Assembly: GCA_963699755.1 (NCBI GenBank)
Contig: CAVOVB010000002.1
Location: 352,001-416,000, forward strand
DNA: 64,000 nt
From: an uncultured delta proteobacterium
GTDB taxonomy: Bacteria; Myxococcota_A; Polyangia; Polyangiales; Houyiibacteriaceae
Reading direction: 5' to 3'
A program made the position numbers and the translations under genes. The notes under the pieces are model-generated. The model did not search any database, had not been told where the DNA came from, and worked only from the letters and a program-made list of their open reading frames with translations. Positions 1-12,151 of the stretch are shown piece by piece. Numbering within the stretch: the first letter of the stretch is position 1; each line of letters opens with the position of its first letter.

Positions 1-52
1 AGCAAAGGGTCCGAAAGCCGCTGATACAGAAAGAATCCGCTAGGATCACACC

Positions 53-1411
53 ATGCGTCCGGAGGCCGGATATCGAACTGCACCCCTCGCCTTGAAGGGA
101 ATGCCGCCCGGCATTCCATACATCGTCGCGAACGAGGCGGCCGAACGGTATAGCTTCTACGGGATGCGCGCGATTTTGGTCATCTTCATGACCAAGTACG
201 TGATGAACGCGCAGGGCGAGCTCGATCCGATGACGGACGAGCAGGCCACCGCCTGGTTCCACGTATTCGTGTGGGCGGTTTACTCATTTCCGATTCTAGG
301 CGCGATTCTCTCAGATGCATTTCTCGGCAAGTATCGCACAATCATGGCGCTCTCGATCGTGTATTGCCTGGGGCATCTGACGCTGGCAATCGACGACAGC
401 AGATTCGGCCTGGGCCTGGGCCTCGCCCTGATCGCAATGGGATCGGGCGGCATCAAACCTTGTGTCTCGGCTCATGTCGGAGATCAGTTTGGTCCATCCA
501 ACGCCTATCTCTTGACGAAGGTCTTCGGCTGGTTCTACTTCGCGATCAACGTGGGCGCGCTCGCGTCGATCTTGTTTGCAGAGCCCCTCCTTCACCGGTA
601 TGGGCCGTCGGTCGCATTCGGAGTCCCGGGTGTGCTGATGGCGCTGGCAACCTTCGTCTTCTGGATGGGACGAACTAGGTTCGTACACATCCCTCCTGGA
701 GGGCTCGCGTTCGTTCGCCAAGTCTTCAGTGCGGAAGGTCTCAAGGTTCTCGGAAGGCTCTCCGTCATTTACGTCTTCATCTTGATGTTCTGGGCGCTCT
801 TCGATCAGCAAGGATCGGCCTGGGTGCTTCAGGCCCAACGCATGGACCGACACTTCATCATCGATTGGGATCCATCCCAGGCTCAGTGGCTCAACCCCGC
901 TCTTGTGCTCTTGTTCATTCCGCTCTTCAATCGCGTGGTTTACCCGGCTTTCGGCCGGTTCTGGCAACTCACCCCGCTCCGGAAGATTTCGATGGGATTG
1001 TTCTTGACGGTCCCTGCATTCCTGCTGCCCGCCTGGCTCGAAGCGCGGCTCGATGCGGGGGAAACGGTGAGCATCGTCTGGCAGCTGGGCTGCTACGTCC
1101 TCATGACGGCTGCCGAGATCCTCATCTCGATCACCGCGCTGGAATTCTCCTATACGCAGGCGCCCAAGAGAATGAAGTCGGTGGTGATGGGTGCGTTCTT
1201 CGCTAGCGTGGCGGCGGGGAACCTCTTCACGGCTGCAGTAAACTTCTTCATTCAGAACCCGGACGGGACGAGCAAGCTCGAAGGAGCCTCGTACTATTTG
1301 TTTTTTGCGTCGGCCATGGCGATCACTGCAGTACTCTTCGTCCCGTTTGCAGTCTGGTACAAGGAACGAACGTACATTCAGGACGAAGTGCCAAGTGAGG
1401 CAATGGCGTGA
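53..1411 (+). CDS. POT/PTR2 family proton-dependent oligopeptide MFS transporter
   Basis: [13 protein letters not shown] (ExxERFxYYG) motif, [17 protein letters not shown], many TM helices. Confidence 0.93.
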   Translation: MRPEAGYRTAPLALKGMPPGIPYIVANEAAERYSFYGMRAILVIFMTKYVMNAQGELDPMTDEQATAWFHVFVWAVYSFPILGAILSDAFLGKYRTIMALSIVYCLGHLTLAIDDSRFGLGLGLALIAMGSGGIKPCVSAHVGDQFGPSNAYLLTKVFGWFYFAINVGALASILFAEPLLHRYGPSVAFGVPGVLMALATFVFWMGRTRFVHIPPGGLAFVRQVFSAEGLKVLGRLSVIYVFILMFWALFDQQGSAWVLQAQRMDRHFIIDWDPSQAQWLNPALVLLFIPLFNRVVYPAFGRFWQLTPLRKISMGLFLTVPAFLLPAWLEARLDAGETVSIVWQLGCYVLMTAAEILISITALEFSYTQAPKRMKSVVMGAFFASVAAGNLFTAAVNFFIQNPDGTSKLEGASYYLFFASAMAITAVLFVPFAVWYKERTYIQDEVPSEAMA

Positions 1412-3135
1412 GCATCATCGACGAGGCGCGGTCCTGGATCGCCATCGACCCGGATCCCGAAACGCGTGCAGAGCTCCAGGCGCTCATCGAACAGGGAGAT
1501 CTCCCGGCTCTCGAGGAACGCTTCAGCGGGCCCTTGCAGTTCGGCACTGCTGGGCTTCGCGGCCTGCTGGGCGCTGGGCCCGCACGGATGAACCGAGTCA
1601 CGGTCGCGAAAGCCACCGCGGGTTTCTGCGCTTGGTTGAAGCGAGAAGTTCCCGAGGTAGCCTCCCGGGGCATCTGTGTGGGCCGCGACGCGCGTCCCAA
1701 GAGCGACGTTTTCGAGCGCGACATCATCGAAATTGCGACTGGCGCCGGCATTCCCGTTTGGTGCTTCAGCGATCTGGTCCCTACCCCCGTGCTTGCGTTC
1801 GCGGTGCTGGAGGTGCGCGCCGCAGGAGGCGTCATGATCACCGCGAGCCACAACCCACGCGGGTACAACGGCTACAAGGTTTACTGGGAGAACGGCGCGC
1901 AGATCATCCCGCCGAACGACCGAGGCATCGCTGGCGAAATCGAGCGGTGCCCCAAACTGAGCCAGATTCCTCGTCTCTCACCAGCGGAAGCTCAACAGAG
2001 GGACTTGCTCCGAAACGCTGATCAGCTCCGGGAGCGCTACGTCGAACGAATCGCCGCTGAGGTCCACGACACCAAGGTCGGCGCCGACCTGCGCATCGCA
2101 TATACGGCGCTTCATGGCGTCGCAGAGGACACGTTCCGAAGGGTCCTCGCGCGGGCAGGCTTTGAAGATGTGCAGAGCGTGAGCGAGCAGGCCAGCCCCG
2201 ACGGCAGCTTTCCCACGGTCGAGTTTCCAAACCCCGAGGAACCCGGTGCGATGGACAGGGTTCTCACGCTCGCAGAAGAAATCGGTGCCGACCTTGCGAT
2301 CGCCAACGACCCCGACGGTGATCGTGTGGCGGTTGCGGTGCGCGGTGAACGAGGCTTCGAATCGCTCTCCGGGAACGACGTTGGTATCCTCTTGGCCAAT
2401 GAGCTGCTCGCTCGGCATCAGGGATCGGGGCAGCCCGTGGTGATTTCCACGATCGTGAGCAGTCCGATGCTCGGCCCGGTGGCGGCGAGCTATGGGGCGC
2501 GATGGGAGCAAACACTAAGCGGGCACAAATGGATTCAAAACCGCGCGCTCGAGCTCGAAGAGCAAGGCTACGCCTACTTGTTCGGCTATGAAGAGGCCCT
2601 CGGCTACGCGCCCTTTTCCGCGGTTCGCGACAAAGATGGCATCAGCTCTGCGCTGCTCATGGTCGACGTGGCCTCGCGCCTCAAAGCGCGCGCAGCGACG
2701 CTGTTGGACGCGCGCGACGAGCTCTGGCGCAAACATGGTTTCTTCGCGGAGCGCCAGATTTCGGTGCGCTTCGAGGGTGCGGACGCCAAGGCCCGAATGA
2801 ATGCCATCGTCGATCACTACCGAGAAGACCCACCATTGCTGATCGGTGGACAGGCACTGCTCCGAATGCTGGATTTCGAGCGGAAACTTCAGTGGACACC
2901 CCTCGCACAGAGCCCCCTAGGCGGGCGCGCATCGAGCAACGTCTTGGTCTTCGAGCTCCAGGGCGGACATCGGGCCATGATGCGACCAAGCGGAACCGAG
3001 CCGAAGCTCAAGTATTACTTTTATGCGGCGGCCTCGGCTCGCGTGGGCCACGACCTGATCGAGGCAAAGAAGCAGGCACGCGATGTGCTCGAAGGCATGG
3101 TCGAAGATCTCCTCAATCAGTCCAACGGTTGCTGA
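1408..3135 (+). CDS. Phosphomannomutase/phosphoglucomutase (alpha-D-phosphohexomutase)
   Basis: [14 protein letters not shown] phosphoserine loop, DPDGDR metal loop, [10 protein letters not shown]. Confidence 0.95.
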   Translation: MSIIDEARSWIAIDPDPETRAELQALIEQGDLPALEERFSGPLQFGTAGLRGLLGAGPARMNRVTVAKATAGFCAWLKREVPEVASRGICVGRDARPKSDVFERDIIEIATGAGIPVWCFSDLVPTPVLAFAVLEVRAAGGVMITASHNPRGYNGYKVYWENGAQIIPPNDRGIAGEIERCPKLSQIPRLSPAEAQQRDLLRNADQLRERYVERIAAEVHDTKVGADLRIAYTALHGVAEDTFRRVLARAGFEDVQSVSEQASPDGSFPTVEFPNPEEPGAMDRVLTLAEEIGADLAIANDPDGDRVAVAVRGERGFESLSGNDVGILLANELLARHQGSGQPVVISTIVSSPMLGPVAASYGARWEQTLSGHKWIQNRALELEEQGYAYLFGYEEALGYAPFSAVRDKDGISSALLMVDVASRLKARAATLLDARDELWRKHGFFAERQISVRFEGADAKARMNAIVDHYREDPPLLIGGQALLRMLDFERKLQWTPLAQSPLGGRASSNVLVFELQGGHRAMMRPSGTEPKLKYYFYAAASARVGHDLIEAKKQARDVLEGMVEDLLNQSNGC

Positions 3136-3297
3136 GCAGCGCTCGTGCCATCGCTCTCATGCCCGTGAGGCGCGGTACAGACCTTTCGCTCGGCAGGTTC
3201 GGTGGGTTGAGACGCTGACCGAAACCCGGCCACGAGGCGAGCGCGAAGCATGGGCTATTCCGCTTGTGGCGGACGTCCGTCGCATTGGTCCGCAAAG

Positions 3298-3882
3298 CTA
3301 CTGGAGCGAAGCGGTCACGACGATTGCAATCGCCGCCAAGAGAACGACGCCGGCGGCACCCCAGAGGATGGCCGTTCTGTGGCGTCGGCGACGACTGCGC
3401 GAAGCGCCGTGATGCGCATCCCCCAATTGAAGGCGTTCCGAAAGCAAGCCCGGCGCGGACCCAGGCTCGTTGGGCCAGGCAGCAGTCGTAGCCGGCATGG
3501 CGAGCGGATCGAAGCGCGGGGCCCGGCGCGCGACCGCCGAGTTGGCCCGCGAGGTCGTTTGCCCGCGACCGGGATCGGTTTGGATCGATTCGACCTTCAG
3601 CTTGGGCCCACCACGGCCGAGCTCAATCTCGTCGTCGGTCCTGAGAGCCGCGTGCTTGATGCGTCGACCGTTAAGCCAAGTTCCGTTGCGGCTACCCATG
3701 TCGACGAGGATGTAGCGCCCGCCTTCGCTCCGGATCTCAGCATGCCGACCCGAGGCGTCCAAGTCGACCTCTGGATCGAAATTGATATCGCTGTCGGGCA
3801 TGCGCCCGATTCGGATCAGCTCTTGGTCGAATTCGAGCTCTCGTCTCGAGTCGGCGCCCTTGGTTTGGCGAATTCGGATCAC
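3298..3882 (-). CDS. FHA-domain membrane protein
   Basis: RIGR...SGRHA...DMGSRNGTWLNG FHA motifs, C-terminal TM helix. Confidence 0.88.
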   Translation of the reverse strand: MIRIRQTKGADSRRELEFDQELIRIGRMPDSDINFDPEVDLDASGRHAEIRSEGGRYILVDMGSRNGTWLNGRRIKHAALRTDDEIELGRGGPKLKVESIQTDPGRGQTTSRANSAVARRAPRFDPLAMPATTAAWPNEPGSAPGLLSERLQLGDAHHGASRSRRRRHRTAILWGAAGVVLLAAIAIVVTASLQ

Positions 3883-3891
3883 AATCGAATC

Positions 3892-5367
3892 TCAATCAAC
3901 TGACGGCACGAGCTCGACTTCCCATCGCCGCCCAGGCTCCACCATGATGTCTTTGCCCACCTGTGTCCCGTCTAGCTCACGGGCCTCGAAATGGTACGCG
4001 CCAGGCGGAAGTCGCAACAGAATCGCCTCGTCGACTCGAAGCGGCCCGTAGCTCCTGCCGTTGACGTAGAGCTCGCCATCATCGATCGCCGCGCGAACCT
4101 CCACCTCGACAGGGACCTCCGCGTTCGCAAACGCAGGCGGCGGTGGTTCTGCGAGATCTGTCCGAGTCGCACGCCGTCCGGCGCTCACGATGGTGACGAC
4201 CGCCGCCAAAGCGAGCAGCCCAAGGACCGATGCGACTGTCGTCCAGGAAAACGAACCCTGCGCCGGTGGGTCGGAGATGAGCTCCCGAATCGATCCTCGT
4301 GTCCCCGCCATCGCGCGGGGCACCATGCTCTTGACGACACCTGGGAGAGTAGGACCAGAAACCACTCGCTCGTTCTTGCCGCGTGGAAGTGGATACTGCT
4401 GGTAGAAGGGAACCTCCCCGGCTTCAGGCGGGTCTAGCGCCTCACCATCGAAGTCGGCAACGATACAAGTGATGTTGTCGTGACCCCCGGCGGCGTTGGC
4501 AAGGTCGATGAGAGAGTCCACTAGCTTCGGGAGCGAACGAATTCGGGCCATCTCTGCTTCGATCGCGGCGTCGTGAACGAGGCCGCTGAGCCCATCCGAG
4601 CAGAGCAGGATCCGGTCGCCGCGTCGGAGCTCCACGAATGTGAGATCGACGACGACCTGTTCGGTGGTGCCGAGCGCCTGCAAGATGATGTTCGAGTGCT
4701 CGAATGCCTCGGCTTCGTCTGCGGTGAGCTGGCCCGCTTCGATCAACTGATTGACGAGTGACTGATCTTTGGTGATGAGGGTCAGGCGCCCGTCTCTCAG
4801 GATGTAACAACGGCTGTCGCCTACCTGCCCGATGAAAAAGACTTTGTCGATAAGCCCCGCAACTGTCGCCGTGGTTCCCATGCCCCGGCGAGAACGATCT
4901 TTCTTGGCGGAGCGGAAGATCCGCGAGCCGGCTTCTTCGATGGAGTCGACCAAGCGTCGCGCGAAGCTGTCGCGGTCCTTGGGTGCCGCCTCACCTCGCA
5001 GTGTTTCGAAGAGCGTGTCGACTGCCATTTGGCTAGCAACCTCGCCGGCAGCGGCCCCACCCATGCCGTCACAGACGGCCAGGGCGATGCCCCGGTTCGA
5101 AACCGAGCCGGTGATGATCTGCTCGCCGGGCAGGGGACCAGAGGCGACGCTCAGGTCGCCGACCATGAAATTGTCCTCATTGTGTTCGCGGACGAGGCCA
5201 ACCTCTGTTTTTCCATAGAAGGTGAAGACAATGCCATCGGCACGGGGCTTCAAGCTCGGGTCGGAGACCCTCTCCCAGGTCTCCTTGCCCCCCGCCGGAA
5301 GCAACGTGTCCTCACCCTCTCGCCGCTTCGAGCGATCTCCACCGTTGCGGTGTGCGTCGCCGCTCAT
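3892..5367 (-). CDS. PP2C-family Ser/Thr protein phosphatase with TM helix and PEGA-like C-terminus
   Basis: REHNED, VCDGMGG, GMGTT, VGDSR, LCSDGL, GGHDNIT motifs. Confidence 0.92.
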   Translation of the reverse strand: MSGDAHRNGGDRSKRREGEDTLLPAGGKETWERVSDPSLKPRADGIVFTFYGKTEVGLVREHNEDNFMVGDLSVASGPLPGEQIITGSVSNRGIALAVCDGMGGAAAGEVASQMAVDTLFETLRGEAAPKDRDSFARRLVDSIEEAGSRIFRSAKKDRSRRGMGTTATVAGLIDKVFFIGQVGDSRCYILRDGRLTLITKDQSLVNQLIEAGQLTADEAEAFEHSNIILQALGTTEQVVVDLTFVELRRGDRILLCSDGLSGLVHDAAIEAEMARIRSLPKLVDSLIDLANAAGGHDNITCIVADFDGEALDPPEAGEVPFYQQYPLPRGKNERVVSGPTLPGVVKSMVPRAMAGTRGSIRELISDPPAQGSFSWTTVASVLGLLALAAVVTIVSAGRRATRTDLAEPPPPAFANAEVPVEVEVRAAIDDGELYVNGRSYGPLRVDEAILLRLPPGAYHFEARELDGTQVGKDIMVEPGRRWEVELVPSVD

Positions 5368-5481
5368 TCAGTTCCCACCAACATCCATGGACCCCACCAA
5401 GACACTATAACGATACACTGTCGATCTGCACGATCGAAATCTCTCACCGATCGGCCCTCGATCCCCAGGTTTCGGGGCCTT

Positions 5482-6141
5482 TCACAAGACGAAATTGAAT
5501 CCAACCCGAAGGACCAACATCGCGTCCAAGGGTGCATCAACCGCTCGCAAGGCGCCATCAGCAGGGGTGGTGAACGATCGAGTCCGCAGGAGGTTCCCAG
5601 TCACGAGGAACGTGAAGGCGGTGCCATGACTCAATTCCACCTCGGCACCGGCCCCGATCTCGGCCATCCCGCCCATCGTCGCCACGCGAAAGGAGGGACC
5701 GAACACAAGGAAGCCGCCGCGGAGGCGGATGAGTGGGTGGAGCGCGTTCTTGGGCAGGAACGAGTACTGGAGCAGCCCCGTGAACATCTGGGGAACCGAG
5801 GTCTCGTAAACGCCGTTCGCCGTCAGCAGCCAGAGCTCGTAGCCAAAGCCCAAGCCAATGCCCTTCGGCCAGCGGTAGGAGAAGTTGAGCCCGATGGCCC
5901 AGCCGAGGTCGGCGATACAGCCATAGCCCTGGGGGCAGAGCCGATTGGTGGACAGCGGAACCACCATGCCGGTCTCCGGTCCGATCGCGATTGACCCTTT
6001 GCGCTGTGGAGGGCCTCCCGGCAACTCCCCTGGCTCGGCCCCAGCCCATTGCGGCGCGCCCAGGCAGAGCCCCCATAGACAAATGGCTGCGGCGCGGCTT
6101 GGCACGGCTGTAGCATAGAGCGTCGAATCCCGTAGAGACAA
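5482..6141 (-). CDS. Hypothetical exported beta-barrel-like protein (start uncertain)
   Basis: Signal-like N-terminus, amphipathic beta-strands, aromatic C-terminus VGFNFVL. Confidence 0.5.
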   Translation of the reverse strand: MSLRDSTLYATAVPSRAAAICLWGLCLGAPQWAGAEPGELPGGPPQRKGSIAIGPETGMVVPLSTNRLCPQGYGCIADLGWAIGLNFSYRWPKGIGLGFGYELWLLTANGVYETSVPQMFTGLLQYSFLPKNALHPLIRLRGGFLVFGPSFRVATMGGMAEIGAGAEVELSHGTAFTFLVTGNLLRTRSFTTPADGALRAVDAPLDAMLVLRVGFNFVL

Positions 6142-6143
6142 GA

Positions 6144-6171
6144 TTGACAGCCCCCTACCCTCTCTTATAGT
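6144..6171 (+). promoter_or_regulatory. sigma70-type promoter for 6205 gene
   Basis: TTGACA-16bp-TATAGT, followed by GAGG RBS before ATG 6205. Confidence 0.65.
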
Positions 6172-6204
6172 AGCGCCGATTCGACCCCGCTTAAGAGGTT
6201 TCAG

Positions 6205-6573
6205 ATGGAGATCTTCCTAACCAAGCGCGCGATGCGGCAAGTGAGGCTCTCGGTCGCCGATGCGATCGAAGACGGTGAGATCGACGCACTGCGCGAGGAC
6301 CTCGTCAGCGTCTTTTCCGACGACGACGTCGAGGAAATTGAACGCCGAATCGACAGCGGCGACTTCTATGACTTCATCTCGGAGATCCTCGACGAGTGGT
6401 CTGGCGAGGACCTGGACGAGCTCATGGAGCTCCTCGAGACCCAGCTTGCCGATGCCGACGTGGATCTCAAGTACACGGCAACGGAAGACGAAGAGGTCGA
6501 GGTTGAGGAAGAAGCGGTAGAAGAGGAAGAAGAAGAAGAGCTCATCGTCGACGACGAAGACGAAGAAGTGTGA
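6205..6573 (+). CDS. Highly acidic hypothetical protein
   Basis: 122 aa Asp/Glu-rich ORF with RBS and promoter. Confidence 0.75.
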   Translation: MEIFLTKRAMRQVRLSVADAIEDGEIDALREDLVSVFSDDDVEEIERRIDSGDFYDFISEILDEWSGEDLDELMELLETQLADADVDLKYTATEDEEVEVEEEAVEEEEEEELIVDDEDEEV

Positions 6574-6684
6574 GCGGCCGCCGCAGGCGTCGGCTGATCC
6601 CGTCACCATCCTTGCCGCCGACTGATTGACAGCTCGCCCCCGTCACGCTACCAGCATCGCCGCTCTCCCGAGAGCGACCCCCAG

Positions 6685-7916
<1,232 letters not shown>

Positions 7917-8279
7917 GCTGCCTCAGGCGCTTGACCTCGGGGAGCTCCATGCCGCCGTACACCCGGCGCCACCGGTACAGCGTCTCGACGCTCACGTCGT
8001 GCTTCTTGGCGACTTCCGCGACCGAGCTCTGGTCGGTCTCCCGGACCGTCTTCACCTTCTGCTCTTCACTAAATCGACTCTTCCTCATGCACTCTCCGGA
8101 CGGTCCCGAAGAGGCAGTCTGTCACGTTTCGCGTGGTCCGAAATTCCGGGGGCAGGTCAGGCGGGGCAGCGCCGGCTACGTCGGACGCACGCTGACGCTA
8201 TCGGCATCGGCTCGTCGCCGCACCGAAGTTCCTCGCTGCTCACCCGCTCACAGTTCCGCGCGACCTCACCCGCGTCCCG

Positions 8280-8428
8280 TGTGCGTGCTGCATCCACTGC
8301 CGGAAAGTCCAATGCGCGCTCTCGTCGTCGAGCGACGATCGATGTCGCCCCTTGTCCGACAGTTTCTCGACTACGCCAGCGAAAACGTGGCCCAAGCTTT
8401 GGGCACGGTCGTCAACAGCTCGTTATGA
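8280..8428 (+). pseudogene. Possible LysR C-terminal remnant
   Basis: RRSMSPLVRQFLDY resembles the LysR substrate-domain terminus; no intact 5' part. Confidence 0.35.
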
Positions 8429-8482
8429 GGCGCATGAGGACTTAGCAACCAAAGGTGGGCCAACGGCGAGAACGATCGTCGG

Positions 8483-9112
8483 CTAGGCGGGTCGACGAAA
8501 CGTCCGTGCCTCGCCCTCGACGCGACCGTGGGCATGGCAGCCTCTGATGTGGTCGTTGACCATCCCCATCGCTTGCATGAATGCGTAGGCAGTCGTTGGG
8601 CCTACGAACTTCCAGTCGCGCTTTTTCAGATCCTTGGATAGCGCGGCGCTCTCGGGCGTCTTGCCAAGCTGATGAAGCGTCTCCCAGTCGAGCGCCTCTC
8701 GCCGGCGCGGTGGTTCCCATCGCCAGAAATATGCGGCCAGCGAGCCGTACTCCTCGCGGAGCTCTTGGGCGCGGCGCGCGTTATGGAGCGTTGCCTCGAT
8801 CTTGGCTCGATTGCGCACAATGGCCTCGTTGCCCAGGAGCGCCTTGATCTCGGCCGTTCCCATGGACGCTACCGCATCGATCTCAAAACCGGAGAACGCC
8901 TTCCGAAACGCCTCTCGCTTCTTAAGCACGGTCAGCCATGACAGCCCGGACTGAAAACCCTCCAGGCAGATCTTCTCGAAGAGCCGGCGGTCGCGGGCTT
9001 CGGGGCGCCCCCACTCGTTGTCGTGATAGTCGATGTAGAGCGGGTGACTGGTGCTCCAAGCACACCTCGTTACGCCGTCCTCTCCGACAGAGAGTCCCTG
9101 CCGAGCACTCAT
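8483..9112 (-). CDS. tag: DNA-3-methyladenine glycosylase I
   Basis: RCAW...YHDNEWG, LFEKICLEGFQSGLSW, FVGPTTAYAFMQAMGMVNDH; ATG 9112 overlaps upstream stop. Confidence 0.95.
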   Translation of the reverse strand: MSARQGLSVGEDGVTRCAWSTSHPLYIDYHDNEWGRPEARDRRLFEKICLEGFQSGLSWLTVLKKREAFRKAFSGFEIDAVASMGTAEIKALLGNEAIVRNRAKIEATLHNARRAQELREEYGSLAAYFWRWEPPRRREALDWETLHQLGKTPESAALSKDLKKRDWKFVGPTTAYAFMQAMGMVNDHIRGCHAHGRVEGEARTFRRPA

Positions 9113-9513
9113 GCCGGCGCGGCGCTCTTGGTTCCCGCCCAGGCCCAGTACAGCATGAACCCAACCATGGGTGGCGCTGTGAAGCAAAGCGGCAGCGGTA
9201 CACCCAGGACTTGCGGGCACTGCGTGCCTGCAAGCACGAGCTCCTTGATACTGAAGCCGATACCCGACGCGAGCGCGATGCCTCCCGGGATGAAGAAGAG
9301 CCAGCGCGAAAGCCGCGGGTTTGACACGAAGAGAGCGCTGAACATCAGCGCAAAGTAGCTCAGCATTACCACGCACGCAGGAAGTCCGAGCACTGGATAC
9401 GGTGGGCACAATCCCGGAGATCGGGCGTTGAGCAGCACGAGTCCCCCTGTGGCCGCGAGCATGACCGTGCCGAGGACGAGCATGCGCTTGCCAAACCGGT
9501 TGCCCGTCGTCAT
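9109..9513 (-). CDS. Small membrane protein with two Cys pairs
   Basis: ~4 TM helices; CPPYPVLGLPAC and CPQVLGVPLPLC; translationally coupled on both sides. Confidence 0.7.
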   Translation of the reverse strand: MTTGNRFGKRMLVLGTVMLAATGGLVLLNARSPGLCPPYPVLGLPACVVMLSYFALMFSALFVSNPRLSRWLFFIPGGIALASGIGFSIKELVLAGTQCPQVLGVPLPLCFTAPPMVGFMLYWAWAGTKSAAPA

Positions 9514-9971
9514 CACGGTCTCCCCGCGTTCGCCTCGGCCTTGCCTGCGAGACCTCCGAGGACGGCGTCGAAGACCTTGCCGGTCATCGACTTGATCATC
9601 GTCTGACCCATGAGCCATCCGACTGGACCAAATTTCACGTCATAGTCCATAGCCATGCGAGCGCGGGTTTTGCCGTCGGCCATGGGCTCGAGCGAAAACT
9701 CCGCGAAGGCTCGCTTGAGAGGCATCGCATACTCCGAGAGCCGGACTCGATAGCGCCGTCCGCCCTCCCACTCGGTGACCTCTTCGACGACGGAGGAGCC
9801 ATCCTTGAAATTGCAGCGCCGCATCGCCCCCTCTCCCGGCTCGCCGCTGGTGAGCGGCTCCACTGACACGATCGTAGGATGAAAGTCGCCAATCTCCATG
9901 AACCGCCCCAAGAACTGCCAGACCGCATCAACTGGCGCGTCGATGTCCCGTGTTCGCTCGCTGTGAATCAT
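9513..9971 (-). CDS. SRPBCC/polyketide cyclase-like protein
   Basis: IDAPVDAVW...F..WHP-like start, GAMRRC, VVEEVTEWE pattern; GGAGG RBS. Confidence 0.85.
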   Translation of the reverse strand: MIHSERTRDIDAPVDAVWQFLGRFMEIGDFHPTIVSVEPLTSGEPGEGAMRRCNFKDGSSVVEEVTEWEGGRRYRVRLSEYAMPLKRAFAEFSLEPMADGKTRARMAMDYDVKFGPVGWLMGQTMIKSMTGKVFDAVLGGLAGKAEANAGRP

Positions 9972-9997
9972 TCTCAGACCTCCGTGGATGTTTCCAA

Positions 9998-10035
9998 CTA
10001 ATCGATTAGATACTGCGCCCAACGAGGTGTGTCAA
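9998..10035 (-). promoter_or_regulatory. Promoter with palindromic operator for the SRPBCC-membrane-tag operon
   Basis: -35 TTGACA (10035-10030); perfect palindrome CTAATCGATTAG (9998-10009) overlapping the -10 region. Confidence 0.65.
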
Positions 10036-10063
10036 GCCCGTAACGACGACGCCGGAGGCCCTT

Positions 10064-10654
10064 TTACGGGCGAAGTCGCTCGAGGTCGCGACAGATGGCC
10101 CGCGCCGCGTTCACCGTCATCTCCCGAGGCAGGCGCGCGCGCTTCATCACCCAGAAGCCGATCAGGGTGGCGGCAAGCATGTGGCTCTGGTCTTCGCAGG
10201 AGACCTCAGGACGGATTTCGCCGCGGTTCTTCGCGTTTTCGAGGGCGCCCTGGATAGCTCGCTGAATGCGGGCCACGTACGCGTGGACCTGCTTTCTGCT
10301 GGCGTTGTCCTCTGGGCCCCGCTCGACAGCCGCATTGGTGAGAAAACATCCCTTTTCCGCACCTGAACCGCTCGCGCCGGCGAAGAACTCAACGACGGCG
10401 ACGAGCTCGCGGATCCCCGCCTCCGGTGCCTCGAGAGCACGAAAATGCCGGCCAACGACTTCGAGATCGTAGAGCTCCAGCGCTGCTTCGTAGAGGCCTT
10501 GCTTGGACTCAAACTCCGCGAACAGGCTGTACGGATTGACCCCCATGTGGTCGGCGAGCTCTTTGGTCGAGGTAGCGTGGTAGCCCCGCCGCCAGAACAG
10601 GTCCATCGCTTTCCTCGCGACGCTCTCGCGATCATATCCCTTGGGTCGTCCCAT
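10064..10654 (-). CDS. TetR/AcrR family regulator (NemR-like)
   Basis: MGRPKGYD...AMDLFWRRGYHATS...SLFAEFESKQGLY, GCFLTN. Confidence 0.92.
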   Translation of the reverse strand: MGRPKGYDRESVARKAMDLFWRRGYHATSTKELADHMGVNPYSLFAEFESKQGLYEAALELYDLEVVGRHFRALEAPEAGIRELVAVVEFFAGASGSGAEKGCFLTNAAVERGPEDNASRKQVHAYVARIQRAIQGALENAKNRGEIRPEVSCEDQSHMLAATLIGFWVMKRARLPREMTVNAARAICRDLERLRP

Positions 10655-10826
10655 TCGCGTCTGCCTCCAGGCCCAGGCCGAATCTAACCTAGCACTTGGA
10701 AATCGCCAGCGCCACCACGAAGTCGCAGAGATGGCAGGGCTGTGAGCCTCAGAGTGCTCCGGGCTTCAGTCGCCCAGGCGCGAACTCCAAAGCACTGAGC
10801 ACGAGACCACAGATCCAGTCAGCCCG

Positions 10827-11000
10827 GGCTGCCCCGCGGGCTCGTCTTGCGCGGAAACCACGCTCGGATGGCTTTGCCTCGTCGATTGCGAGACGGATTC
10901 GGAATGTCGTGAGGGCTATGCCTGCGAATCGATTACGGAAGCCGGGACGAGCGGCGGCTCGACTGTCTTGGTCTGCATCGCCCCCGACCCGGCTTCCTGA
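10827..11000 (+). pseudogene. C-terminal fragment of a Cys-rich myxobacterial protein
   Basis: Hand translation GCPAGSSC...CLVDCETDSECREGYAC...VCIAPDPAS*; no start found. Confidence 0.55.
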
Positions 11001-11028
11001 TTCCCGGTCTTCGACTCGCGCGCGACGA

Positions 11029-11247
11029 TCAAAACGCGATTCCGCTCAAGGCATGTTGAAGGATCACGCGGTCGGGTTTCGCGAATGCGTCGCAGAACGC
11101 GACCAGCACGCCGATTGCGGCGTCGACTGGCGTGAGCGCGAACGACGCATCAGGCCATCGGATCGCGTTCGCAATTTCGGCTATGGAGAGGGCGAATTGG
11201 GGGTCTCTGATGTCGGTATTCATGGTTCTCTGCCTTTCTGGATTCAT
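11029..11247 (-). CDS. Small hypothetical protein
   Basis: Follows and overlaps the hydrolase stop; alternative ATG at 11223. Confidence 0.5.
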   Translation of the reverse strand: MNPERQRTMNTDIRDPQFALSIAEIANAIRWPDASFALTPVDAAIGVLVAFCDAFAKPDRVILQHALSGIAF

Positions 11248-12140
11248 GCGGCCGCTTGCCGATGCATGGGTGCATCGATGAAGCGAACGGCGGAATTAGT
11301 TACGCTCTCGTCGCGAAGAATTCGCTGGTGTCCCAGACCTTCGGTGAGCATGAGCTCGGCGTTCGGCCAGGCCTCGGCAATGCTCTGGCCCGCGCGCGCG
11401 GGGACTTCCTTGTCATCGCGATCGTGAATGACGAGTAGGGGAGTACGCATCGCCGGCGCCAGTGCGGTCGCTCGCATGTCTTCCATCGCGGCTCCTAGCC
11501 GTTCTTCGAGCCGGCGTTGCACGAGTGTGCGTACCTCGTCGCTGATGCCGAGTGCAGCGCTGAATGACGCGAGGAACACCCGGGGATCGGCCGGGGGCGA
11601 GATGAAGACGGCGCGCTCGAGCTTCAAGCCTTTCGCCAAAGCAAGCGTGGTCGCCGCGCCGCCTAACGAGTGCGCGACGACGCCGTGCACAGCTCCGAGC
11701 TGGTCGGCCACTTTGCGAATGCAGGTCGCAAGCTCCGGGAGCGAGAGGTAGTTCCCCGGCGACTCACCGTGCCCAAAAGCGTCGAACGCGACCACTCGGT
11801 AGCCGCGAGCCGATAGGGGCGAAACGAAAGCTCCAAGCTGCGTGGCTCTGCCGTTCCAGCCGTGCACGAGCAACACCGTGGGACCTTCACCCCAGGACCA
11901 GGCCTTCATTCCCCCGAGCGTCATCGGACTGGCTCCTTGGAGCACTTCGCGCTCTCCCGGTCGCGCGCTTCGCCGCTCGGTCTTTCGAAAGAGTCTCTCG
12001 ACGAGCCTCGCAGTGAGCCCGGGGGCGACCTGACTGGCGGCCGAGAAACCAGTCTCGATCCACTGTGGTGCTGTATAAGTAGAACGAACGATCGTGCTTT
12101 TATTTAGGCGTTCTCTCGGGTCGTCGGCTAGCGTCGTCAT
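11244..12140 (-). CDS. Alpha/beta hydrolase
   Basis: VHGWNG, AHSLGG nucleophile elbow, HDRDD, GLGH. Confidence 0.92.
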   Translation of the reverse strand: MTTLADDPRERLNKSTIVRSTYTAPQWIETGFSAASQVAPGLTARLVERLFRKTERRSARPGEREVLQGASPMTLGGMKAWSWGEGPTVLLVHGWNGRATQLGAFVSPLSARGYRVVAFDAFGHGESPGNYLSLPELATCIRKVADQLGAVHGVVAHSLGGAATTLALAKGLKLERAVFISPPADPRVFLASFSAALGISDEVRTLVQRRLEERLGAAMEDMRATALAPAMRTPLLVIHDRDDKEVPARAGQSIAEAWPNAELMLTEGLGHQRILRDESVTNSAVRFIDAPMHRQAAA

Positions 12141-12151
12141 GGTCTCCCTCC

